From NCBI GenBank assembly GCA_963760125.1, contig CAVXBV010000012.1:9355-73354 (forward strand): DNA of 64,000 nucleotides, given 5' to 3'. The position numbers were made by a program, and so were the translations under genes. Numbering within the stretch: position 1 is the first letter of the stretch; each line of letters begins with the position of its first letter. The notes below the pieces were generated by a model. That model had not been told where the DNA came from. It was given only the letters and a program-made list of their open reading frames with translations, and made no database searches. The stretch is from an uncultured Actinomycetota bacterium (GTDB lineage Bacteria; Actinomycetota; Actinomycetes; Mycobacteriales; SCTD01). Shown here one piece after another: positions 55,769-64,000 of this stretch.

Positions 55769-56998
55769 TCAGGAGCCGGAGACACCGACGACCTCCTCGA
55801 TCTGGCTGTCCGACAGGCCCAGCGCCGTGAGGACCTCACGAGTGTGCTGCCCGAGCAGCGGTGGGGCGTGGTGGACGCGCGGGCGCACCCCGTCGATCCG
55901 GTACGGCGACCCCACCACCGTGACGGGGCCGGCCGGGTGGTCGACGGTCTGGAGCTGACCGGTCGCGACGAGCTGGGGGTCGCCGGCCAGCTGCGAGAGG
56001 TCCTGGACCGGGGCGCAGGGGATGCCGTGCTCGGCCAGGACGTCGGACCACTCCCGGGCCGACCGCCTTGCAGCAGCGATTCCAGGGCCGCGACGACCGC
56101 CTCCCGGTCGCTGACGCGACCGGCGTTCGTCGTCCACGCGGGCGGCGGCACCAGGCCCACGGCCCGGCACAGCGCAGCGAACTGAGCGTCGTTGCCGGCC
56201 CCCACGACGAGGGCCGCGTCGGCGCAGTGCAGAGGGTCCGTAGGGAACGATGTTGGGGTGCGCATTGCCGCTCGGGCGCGGCACGAGCCCACCGATCAGG
56301 GAGTTGGCCCCCTGGTTGACCAGCATGGCCACGGCGGACTCGAGCAGCCCGACCTCGATGCGGACCGGCCGGCGCGCGACGAGACCGGCGACCGCACCGA
56401 CGGCGGCGTACAGGCCGGTCACCACGTCCGCGACAGCCACGCCGACCTTCGTCGGCTCGGTGGTGCCGGTGATGGACATCAGTCCGGACCGCGCCTGGGC
56501 CATCACGTCGTATCCCGGCTTGTCCCCGTCGGGACCGTCCCCTCCCGCACCGCGCACCGACACCCACACCGCAGATCCCTTGTCCCGCAGGGCCTCCAGA
56601 CCCAGCGCCGCGAAGTGGCGGGGCAGAAAGTTCTCCACGACCACGTCGGCCTGCTCGGCAAGTCGGGCCACGACAGTCCGTCCGGCGGTCGTCGTCAGGT
56701 CCAGCGCGACCGAGCGCCGGTCGCGGTTGACCGACAGGAAGTACGCCGCGTCGTCGCCGTGGAACGGCGGACCCCAGTGCCGGGTGTCGTCGCCCGAGCC
56801 GGGTCGCTCCACCTTCAGCACGTCGGCGCCGAGGTCGGCCAGCACCATGCAGCAGTAGGGACCTGCCAGGACGCGAGACAGGTCGAGGACCTTCACCCCG
56901 CCCAGCGGACCGTCGTACGCCGGGAGGCTGGGCCACCCGGGTCCCTGCGCGAGTGCCTGCTGCAGTTCCACCCGCTCACCCTGCCAGATCGCCCTCAC
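55769..56998 (-). pseudogene. Class III (CaiB/BaiF) CoA-transferase with two compensating frameshifts (about 56238 and about 56070)
   Basis: [33 protein letters not shown]...[10 protein letters not shown]...NAHPNIVPY in frame A. The middle ([27 protein letters not shown]...TNAGRVSDREAVVAALESLLQ) is in frame B. It returns to frame A for EWSDVLAEHGIPCAPVQ. Confidence 0.8.
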
Positions 56999-57085
56999 GT
57001 CGAGCGGATGCGCTCCTCGATCGGGTCCTTCGGCGGCCGCACCCCCCAGCGCGACACCCGGGCACCTCACTGTCAGGCTCGTTGC

Positions 57086-57475
57086 GTGGCCCTCAACCCT
57101 GCGCAGCTGTCCCCTACGGTCCTGGCGTTCCTCGACGAACGGCACCTGGCGACGTTGACCACCCTGCGACCCGATGGCTCCCCGCACGTCGTCGCCGTGG
57201 GCTTCACCTGGGACGACGCGGCCGGCCTGGTCCGGGTCATCACCGACGGCGGCTCCGCCAAGGCCCGGCACGCCCGCGGTGAGGGTCGGGCGGTGGTCGC
57301 TCAGGTCGACGGCCGGCGCTGGCTCTCGCTCGAGGGCGTCGTGGCGGTCAGCGCCGAGCCCGCGCGCGTCGAGGACGCCGTCCGTCGCTACGCCATGCGC
57401 TACCGCGAGCCACGGGTGAACCCGAACCGGGTCGTGCTGGAGATCAGCGTGGACCGGGTGCTCGGATCGTCCTGA
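57086..57475 (+). CDS. PPOX-class (pyridoxamine 5'-phosphate oxidase-like), probably F420-dependent, oxidoreductase
   Basis: GTG 57086. [50 protein letters not shown]...[20 protein letters not shown]. Confidence 0.7.
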   Translation: MALNPAQLSPTVLAFLDERHLATLTTLRPDGSPHVVAVGFTWDDAAGLVRVITDGGSAKARHARGEGRAVVAQVDGRRWLSLEGVVAVSAEPARVEDAVRRYAMRYREPRVNPNRVVLEISVDRVLGSS

Positions 57476-57504
57476 CTCGTCGCGGGGTCGAGTGGTTGTC
57501 TGCC

Positions 57505-59354
57505 TCAAAAGGGGGGGTTCTGGTCGTGCCAGGTGGGGTGGGTGACGAGGCCGTTCTCGTTGAGCCACCTGCCGTCGCGGAGCTTCACGGTGCGTTTGCC
57601 GGTGTGGAGGTCGTGGTGGAGGGTGTCGCAGACGTTGAGGGTCTGCTCGAGGCTGGTGATCTGGTCTTCGGCGTGGCCCAGGATGTGGTGGGGGCGGAGG
57701 ACGGTCAGGGGGTTGGGGGTGCCGGGGCAGCAGCCGTCGCCGGCGCACCGGTTGCCGCCTTCGAGGTCGAGGGCGCGGCGTTCGTCGGCGGTGAGGGTTC
57801 GTTGGGAGTGGATCGTGCGGAGGGCTTTCCCGCCGAGGCTCAGGACGGTGGTGGTGACGGTGCTGTCGCACCACCACCTGCGGACCAGGGACCGGGGCAG
57901 GAGTCGTCCGCTGTCACCGCGGGGTGGTGGCGCCCCGGGTCTGCGGCTGTTGTCGCGTCCGACCCCCGTTCCCGTTCCCGTTCCGGTGATGCGTGGCTTC
58001 GGGGATCGTCACGTGGATCTGGACGGGGGTCTTGCTGACCAGCCCGCCGAGGCCGGCTGGCGAGGTAGCGCTCGAGGGCGTTCGAGAACGCGTCGTGCAG
58101 GCGCTTCCTGCGGCCGCGCGGGAGTCCGTGGGGCAGGACCCCGTCGGCGTCGAGCCGAGCCCCCAGGGGCCCCCACACGTCCTCGGGCTCGGTCGCCCCG
58201 TGCTGGCGGGCGTCGGCCCACGCTGCGGTGTCGTCGGGGTTGCGGGCGTCGTGGGCGGCGGCGGCGCGCAGGATGGTCCAGAGGCGCTCGCCGCACTCGA
58301 GGTCCAGGTCGCCGCACAGGTGCCAGCCCTGCCCGTCAGGCAGCTCGGAGAGGGTGAGTCCGCGGCGTTCGTGGCCCTTCGCGGCGCGGTCTTCCAGCAG
58401 GCTCGGGAGGACCGCGACGACGATCTCGTCCAACGCCCCGGTGAGGGCGCGGGGCGCGATGGTCTCGGCGAGCCACAGCAGCGCCTGTTCGAGCCGGTCG
58501 GCCTGCGAGCCCTCCAGCGCGAGGAGCGACTGTGCTCGGTCGATGATGAGCTGCAGGCGCGGGTCGGTGTCGTGCAGGCCCTGCAGCTCGCGGCAGACCA
58601 GGGCGGCGACGTTCCCCACGACGGCGTTCAGCACCAGGTCGCCCGGCAGGCCGTCGATGAGCCCGTCGGCCCGGTCCAGGTGCGGACCGCACTGCCGCAG
58701 CGCCCCCGCGGTCTTGCGTGCCGCGGTCAGGCTGACTCGCCCGTCCTGCACGGCGGTGTTCAGGACCGGGTAGGTGCGCAGCCGGTGCGCGAGCAGCGCA
58801 TCCCCTGGGTCGCCGTCGGGGCGGTGCTCCCGCACCCAGGCCTTGACGCTCCGTGCTCCGACGAGCTCGGTCAGGCCGCGGGCGTGGACGTCGGCGAGGC
58901 GGGTCAGGTCGTGCACCCGCAGCTGCTGCTCGGCCTGCAGCAGCGCTTGCGCATCGGACAGGGCCTGGGCCGCGTCGACCTGCGCCGGCTGCACCGCCAC
59001 GACCCGCTGGACCGCGCGCAGCAGGTCCGCGACCACCGGGCTCGGAGGGGGCAGGGGCCCGGCCTCGACCGGACCCAGCCCCGTCACGCCCGGAGCCGCC
59101 CACGGCACGGACACCTCAGCCGCTGGGCCGGTCGCCGCCGCGTCAGCCGGCAGTGAGTGCGCCGAGGCCGGGTCGGCCGCCAGCGGGTCAGCCGGTTCGG
59201 TCACGTCAGCCGGGTCGCAGCAGGCGCACCCGAAGTGTCGCTGCTGCTCGAACTCCAGGAGCCAGGACGGGATGACCGATGGCGCCTGGCACTCCAGCCC
59301 GTCGAACCACTCCGGGGCGGCAGGGGTGGCCAGCAGGGCGTCGTACACGTCCAT
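57505..59354 (-). pseudogene. DUF222 / HNH endonuclease (REP13E12-like) copy 2, at least two frameshifts
   Basis: ORF 57840-59354 is collinear with copy 1 up to ERYLAS. The frame is lost near 58055 and again near 57915. The HNH tail (own translation) is GGNRCAGDGCCPGTPNPLTVLRPHHILGHAEDQITSLEQTLNVCDTLHHDLHTGKRTVKLRDGRWLNENG, ending at TGA 57507-57505. Confidence 0.8.
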
Positions 59355-59377
59355 CAGGGCTCACCTCCTCACCTATG

Positions 59378-59406
59378 ACCGTATCTGTGTTCGATACGGA
59401 TGTCAA
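59378..59406 (-). promoter_or_regulatory. Promoter of DUF222/HNH copy 2 (TTGACA-N17-TACGGT), homologous to 934-962
   Basis: Minus strand: TTGACAtccgtatcgaacacagaTACGGTcataggtgaggaggtgagccctgATG. The spacer forms a hairpin, CCGTATC-N7-GATACGG. Confidence 0.45.
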
Positions 59407-59482
59407 GCGCTTTCTCCTGCTGTGCATAGGTTCTTTCCACCATCCGTCGACGGGGCTCCGCCCACCGCGTCTGGCCGCGTCG

Positions 59483-59836
59483 TTACGCCCGACGCGAGGA
59501 GAGCACGCAGAACTCGTTGCCCTCAGGGTCGGTCAGCACCACCCATGACTGATCGCCCTGACCGATGTCGGCCACGGTCGCGCCGCGTGAGAGCAAGCGG
59601 GCGACCTCGGCGTCCCGGTCGTCCGGCCGGAGGTCCAGGTGCAGCCGGTTCTTGGTGACGCGAGGATCGGCGACCCGGCAGAAGAGCAGCCCTGGGACCT
59701 GCTCGGCAGCGGGCCTGATCTCGAACTCCTCGGGCTCAGCGTTCACGACGACCCAGCCCAGCGCTTCGGCCCACCACCGTCCGAGCAACTCGGGGTCCGC
59801 GGCATCGACGACGACCTGCTCCCACTCAAGGCTCAT
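59483..59836 (-). CDS. VOC (glyoxalase/bleomycin-resistance) family protein
   Basis: 117 aa: VVVDAADPELLGRWWAEALGW...KNRLHLDLRPDD.DAEV.RLLSRGA......WVVLTDPEGNEFCV. Confidence 0.8.
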   Translation of the reverse strand: MSLEWEQVVVDAADPELLGRWWAEALGWVVVNAEPEEFEIRPAAEQVPGLLFCRVADPRVTKNRLHLDLRPDDRDAEVARLLSRGATVADIGQGDQSWVVLTDPEGNEFCVLSSRRA

Positions 59837-59869
59837 CCCCGCACCGTAGGGCGTGGAGCCGACCCCGGC

Positions 59870-60325
59870 TCATTCCTCCGGGACGTGTCCGCGGTCCTCC
59901 CACGGGGTGCTGAGGACCACGGTGGTGCGGGTCGAGACCTGAGCCGCGGCGCGGATCTGCTGGAGCAGGACCTCGAGGTCCAGCGGTGAGCCGACGCGGA
60001 CCTTCAGGATGTAGCTCTCGTCGCCCGCAACGCTGTGGCAGGCCTCGATCGCGGTGAGGTGCCGCAGGCGCTCGGGTCCGTCGTCGACGGCAGCGGGATC
60101 GATGGGAGTGATGGAGACGAAGGCGGTCAGCGGCATCCCCGCCGCGACGGGGTCGACCTGTGCGCCGTACCCGAGGATCGCCCCGCGCTGCTCGAGCCGG
60201 CGCACCCGTTGGTGGACGGCGGAGGTGGACAGGCCGGTGTCCTTGGCCAGGTCGGTGTAGGAACGGCGTCCGTCGGCGACGAGCAGCCGAAGCAGGTGCA
60301 GGTCGACGGCGTCGAGGTCGCTCAT
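59870..60325 (-). CDS. Lrp/AsnC family transcriptional regulator
   Basis: DLHLLRLLVADGRRSYTDLAKDTGLSTSAVHQRVRRLEQRGAILGY, with a RAM-like C-terminus. ATGA overlap with the upstream acyl-CoA dehydrogenase. Confidence 0.92.
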   Translation of the reverse strand: MSDLDAVDLHLLRLLVADGRRSYTDLAKDTGLSTSAVHQRVRRLEQRGAILGYGAQVDPVAAGMPLTAFVSITPIDPAAVDDGPERLRHLTAIEACHSVAGDESYILKVRVGSPLDLEVLLQQIRAAAQVSTRTTVVLSTPWEDRGHVPEE

Positions 60326-61476
60326 GAGCGGGTGAGGGAGCGGCCGATCACGATGCGCTGGACCTGGTTGGTCCCCTCGAAGATCTGCATGATCTTCGCT
60401 TCGCGGAAGAAGCGCTCGGCAGGGAAGTCCTCGACGTACCCGGCACCACCCAGCACCTGGACCGCATCGGTCGTGACCCGCATCGCCGTGTCCGTGGCGA
60501 AGAGCTTGGCCATCGACGCCTGCGGTCCGTAGGGCAGGCCGCGGTCCTTGAGGCGCGCCGCGCTGAGGTAGAGCGCCCGCGCGGCCTCGACCTGGGTGGC
60601 CAGGTCCGCCAGCAGGAACTCGATCCCCTGGAAGCTCGCGATCGTCTTGCCGAACTGCTTGCGCTCCTTGGCGTAGGACACCGCGAGGTCCAGAGCGGCC
60701 TGGGCGAGCCCCACCGCCACGGCCGCGATGCCGAGGCGGCCACCGTCCAGCGCGCTCATCGCGATGGCGAACCCCTGGCCCTCCTGGGCCAGCAACCGGT
60801 CAGCCGGGACGCGGGCGTCCTCGAGCACGACGGTCGCCGTCGGGGACGAGCGCATGCCCATCTTCTTCTCGGGCGGCAGCGCGACGAGACCGGCCGTCGA
60901 TCCGTCGGCCAGTAGGCAGGAGATGCCGCTGGGACCAGCGTCTCCCGTGCGGACCATCAGGTTGTAGAAGTCAGCATGACCACCGTGGGTCACCCAGGCC
61001 TTGGCGCCGTTGACGACGTACTCCTCGCCGCTGCGCACCGCCTTGGTCGACAGAGCCGCAGCGTCAGAGCCGCTGTGGGCCTCGGACAGGCAGTAGGCGC
61101 CGAGCAGGTCGCCCCCGAGCATGTCGGGCAGGAAGCGCTGCTTCTGCTCCTCACTCCCCCACTGCGCGACGGGGAAGCAGGCCAGGGTGTGCACGCTCAC
61201 CCCCACCGCGAAGCCGGCCCAGCCGCGGCCGAGCTCCTCGAGCACCTGCAGGTACACCTCGTACGGCTGGCCCCCGCCCCCGTGCTCCTCCGGGTAGGCG
61301 AGTCCGAGCAGTCCGGCCTTGCCGAGCGTCCGGTAGAGCTCCCGCGGGAACTCCGCGCGGCTCTCGAAGTCCGCCGCGCGGGGCTGCACCTCCCCCTCGA
61401 CCAGGTCGCGGGTGAGGTCGAGCAGGGCGACGGCCTCGGGGCTCGGCAGGTCGCGGACGACAGGCATCTTCAGCAT
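60322..61476 (-). CDS. Acyl-CoA dehydrogenase
   Basis: Start ATG 61476 (or 61467) within ORF 60322-61542. AYCLSEAHSGSDAAAL...WVTHGG...ALDGGRLGIAA...QFGK.IA.FQ...LADLAT...GGAGYVEDFPAERFFREAKIMQIFEGTNQVQR. Confidence 0.92.
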   Translation of the reverse strand: MLKMPVVRDLPSPEAVALLDLTRDLVEGEVQPRAADFESRAEFPRELYRTLGKAGLLGLAYPEEHGGGGQPYEVYLQVLEELGRGWAGFAVGVSVHTLACFPVAQWGSEEQKQRFLPDMLGGDLLGAYCLSEAHSGSDAAALSTKAVRSGEEYVVNGAKAWVTHGGHADFYNLMVRTGDAGPSGISCLLADGSTAGLVALPPEKKMGMRSSPTATVVLEDARVPADRLLAQEGQGFAIAMSALDGGRLGIAAVAVGLAQAALDLAVSYAKERKQFGKTIASFQGIEFLLADLATQVEAARALYLSAARLKDRGLPYGPQASMAKLFATDTAMRVTTDAVQVLGGAGYVEDFPAERFFREAKIMQIFEGTNQVQRIVIGRSLTRS

Positions 61477-61559
61477 CTCCAAGGGGGTACGGCGCAGCCC
61501 GCGCTGGGACGCGGCTGCCCTCGACGCTACCGCCGGCAGCACGTGAGAGGCTCGAGCCC

Positions 61560-62471
61560 GTGGCCGGACAGCTGATGCTCCTCGACTCCCCCGCCCTCTG
61601 GTACCGCGCGTTCCACGGCGTGCCGGACAGCGTCCGGAGCCCTCAGGGCGAGCCGGTCAACGCGATCCGCGGGTTCCTCGACCTGGTCGCCCGCGTCGTC
61701 AAGGAGCACCGCCCGGCACGGCTGGTGGCGACCGTCGACCTCGACTGGCGCCCGGCGTTCCGGGTCGCGGCCGTCCCGACGTACAAGCTGCACCGGACGC
61801 TCGAGGGCGGCGCCGAGGCCGAGCCGCCCGAGCTCGGTCCCCAGGTCGAGGTGCTCCTGCAGGTGCTGGCCGCCCTCGGCGTGCCGGTGGCCGGCGCCGA
61901 GGGCTACGAGGCCGATGACGTGCTCGGCACCCTCGCGACCCGGGAGAGCGGTGCCGTCGACGTCGTCACCGGCGACCGCGACCTGCTGCAGCTGGTGCGC
62001 GACGCGGGCCCGGTCCGCATCCTCTACGCCGTCGAGAAGATGAAGCCGTACGACGAGGCGGCCGTCACGGCCAAGCACGGCATCCCGGGGACGGCGTACG
62101 CCGAGTTCGCCGTGCTGAGAGGCGATCCCAGCGACGGCCTGCCCGGGGTCAAGGGCGTCGGTGAGAAGACGGCGGCGGCCCTGATCAGCCGGTTCGGCAC
62201 GGTGGACGGGGTGGTTGCCGCGCTGGACAGCGGGTCGGACGACGGGTTTCCCGCAGGCGCCCGCGCGAAGCTCGAGGCGGCGCGGGACTACCTGGCCGTC
62301 GCCCCCGCGGTGAGCAGGGTCGTGTGCGACCTGCCGCTGCCGGCGTACGACGACGCGCTCCCCCGCACGCCGCGCGACCCCGCGGCGCTGCTGGCCCTGT
62401 CGGACCGCTGGGGGCTCGAGAGCTCGCTCGAGCGCTTCCTGCAGGCGACCGAGGCCGCTCTCTCGGGGTAG
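61560..62471 (+). CDS. 5'-3' exonuclease (FEN/Pol I N-terminal domain-like)
   Basis: MLLDSPALWYRAFHG...VNAIRGFLD...GYEADDVLGTLA...VTGDRDLLQLV...LRGDPSDGLPGVKGVGEKTAAALI. Confidence 0.88.
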   Translation: MAGQLMLLDSPALWYRAFHGVPDSVRSPQGEPVNAIRGFLDLVARVVKEHRPARLVATVDLDWRPAFRVAAVPTYKLHRTLEGGAEAEPPELGPQVEVLLQVLAALGVPVAGAEGYEADDVLGTLATRESGAVDVVTGDRDLLQLVRDAGPVRILYAVEKMKPYDEAAVTAKHGIPGTAYAEFAVLRGDPSDGLPGVKGVGEKTAAALISRFGTVDGVVAALDSGSDDGFPAGARAKLEAARDYLAVAPAVSRVVCDLPLPAYDDALPRTPRDPAALLALSDRWGLESSLERFLQATEAALSG

Positions 62472-62482
62472 GCTTGCTACTG

Positions 62483-64000
62483 ATGAGTAACCCCGCGTTC
62501 TCCGTCCGCAGCCGCCCCTTCGAGCTGGCCGCTGCGGCGAGCGAGGAGCTCGACGTCCTGATCGTCGGCATGGGCGCCACGGGAGCCGGTGTGGCGCTGG
62601 ACGCCGCCAGTCGCGGCCTGCGCGTCGCGGTCGTGGACAAGGGCGACCTCGCCAGTGGCACGTCGTCGAAGTCCAGCAAGCTCGTGCACGGGGGGCTGCG
62701 CTACCTCGAGAACTACGAGTTCGGGCTGGTCCGTGAGGGCGTCATGGAGCGCCAGCTGCTGCTGAAGCTCGCGCCGCACCTGGTCCGGCCCATGGACTTC
62801 CTCTACCCGGTCTGGCCCGACACGGCCAAGCGACGGCTGCTGGGCCTGGGCCTCACGACCTACGACGTCTTCGCCATGGCCTCGTTGGCCGGCCGCGGCG
62901 GGGCGACCCGCCGGCACCAGAAGGTGAGCGCGGAGGAGGCGATCGAGCTCGCCCCTGCGATGCGGGAGTCCGGCCTGGCCTACGGCTACGTGTACGGCGA
63001 CTGCGCCACCGATGACGCGCGTCTGGTGCTTGCCGTGGTCCAAGCCGCTCGCCGGTTCGGCGCGCTGACCATCACGCACGCGGAGGTCACCGACCTGACG
63101 CAGACGGCCGGCCGGGTCTCGGGCGCGACCTTGCTGGACCGGCACGACGGGCACGCGTGTCGAGGTGCGGGCGCGCCACGTCGTGAACGCGACGGGGGTC
63201 TGGGTCGACACGCTGCAGGGCCTCGAGGAGCCAGGCCGGCAGGCGGTGGTGCAGCCGTCCAAGGGGGTGCACGTCGTCGTCCCCCACGCGCGGCTCCCGC
63301 TCACCGACGCCAGCGTGCTGCTCCCGTCGCGGCGGGGCGACGGCCGGTCGATGTTCGCGATCCCGTGGGGCCGGCAGACCATCCTGGGCACCACGGACAC
63401 GCCGTACGACGGGGGCCTCGACGACCTGTCCTTGACCGCGGAGGACCTCGACTACGTCCTCGCGGCCGGCAACGACGTCTTCAAGACCGCCCTGACCGAG
63501 CAGGACGTGCTCGGTGCGTGGGCCGGCGTGCGGCCGCTCATCAGGCAGGTCGGCAGCGAGAGCATGAGCGACATCAGCCGCCGCCACACCCTCGTGGAGG
63601 GCTCCACCGGTCTCCTCACGATCACCGGCGGCAAGCTCACGACGTACCGGCGGATGGCCAAGGACGTCGTGGACCGCATCGTCGAGCGCGACGATCGCAA
63701 GGCGCCCTGCCGCACCGACGAGATCGCCCTGACGGGCACCCGACCGGTCCTGGAGATCGCCGCGGAGACCGTCGAGAGCGCCGCGTTCCTGGGGTTGTCC
63801 GCGGACGTCGCCCGGTCGCTCGTCCGGCAGTGCGGCGAGACCGCCGCCCACGTCCTGTCGCTCGTCGCGGCCGAGCCCGCGCTGGGCGAGCTGCTGTCCC
63901 CCGACGCGCCGCACATCGCCGCCGAGGTCGTCCACGCGGCTCGCTCAGAAGGCGCGGGGACCGTCGACGACGTCTACAGCCGGCGGCTGCGGCTGTCCCT
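62483..64000 (+). pseudogene. glpD: FAD-dependent glycerol-3-phosphate dehydrogenase, frameshifted near 63150; 3' end outside window
   Basis: Own translation from ATG 62483: DVLIVGMGATGAGVALDAASRGLRVAVVDKGDLASGTSSKSSKLVHGGLRYLE...LLDRHDG. A 1-nt shift then gives RVEVRARHVVNATGVWVD...SKGVHVVV...FAIPWGRQTILGTTDT...GGKLTTYRRMA. Not in the ORF track because it is open-ended. Confidence 0.85.

Noticed and set aside
59399-59421. A second dif-like XerD arm (GGATGTCAAGC, 8/11 to TTATGTCAAGT) that might mark an integrated Xer-dependent element.
   Set aside because: The match is explained by the TTGACA -35 box of the HNH copy 2 promoter read on the opposite strand. There is no ATAA/TTAT inner pair and no plausible XerC arm at the correct spacing.

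Overview
High-GC (about 70%+) actinobacterial chromosomal segment. I saw no rRNA, CRISPR array, transposase or phage integrase. All calls come from reading the supplied ORF translations and the DNA by eye, with family names from memory and no searches run.

The backbone is a conserved housekeeping block, nearly all on the + strand. It runs steA-pyrG, Nudix, ald, xerD, parA-like, scpA-scpB, rluB, aroH-tyrA, cmk-plsC-der, tRNA-Pro, a CDP-alcohol phosphatidyltransferase, DUF881/small-basic-protein/DUF881, gcvH, a garA-like FHA protein, two MerR regulators with a bifunctional nuclease, a tandem glycine riboswitch and gcvP. As I recall it, this order mirrors M. tuberculosis Rv1699-1713 and Rv1822-1832.

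From about 39.8 kb gene orientation flips to the - strand. That stretch holds a vWA/solute-binding protein, an LAXTG-anchored BNR protein, NlpC/P60, then rbpA(+), fxsA, ppm1 and lnt. It is followed by lat-pcd lysine catabolism, a TPP-enzyme/CoA-transferase pair, Lrp, an acyl-CoA dehydrogenase, a 5'-3' exonuclease and glpD.

Accessory content:
- A RES/Xre toxin-antitoxin pair inside a 3.7 kb insertion between pyrG and the Nudix gene.
- Two diverged, inverted, disrupted DUF222/HNH (REP13E12-like) genes that share a conserved promoter-leader.

Most notable observations:
- A 28-bp dif-like XerCD site at 42447-42474, next to the orientation switch.
- A very repeat-dense region (34.2-35.1 kb) upstream of, and running into, an S8 protease that also ends in about 13 Trp-containing 15-bp repeats.
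- A 330-bp low-GC island at 17.5-17.85 kb inside an 820-bp gene-free gap.
- A parA-coupled RHH-like protein and a site-2-protease homolog whose HExxH motif is lost.
- At least 11 single-nucleotide frame disruptions, including in tyrA, pcd and glpD. These look more like assembly indels than biology.

I found no clearly novel multi-gene system. The candidates above are hypotheses that need searches or experiments.
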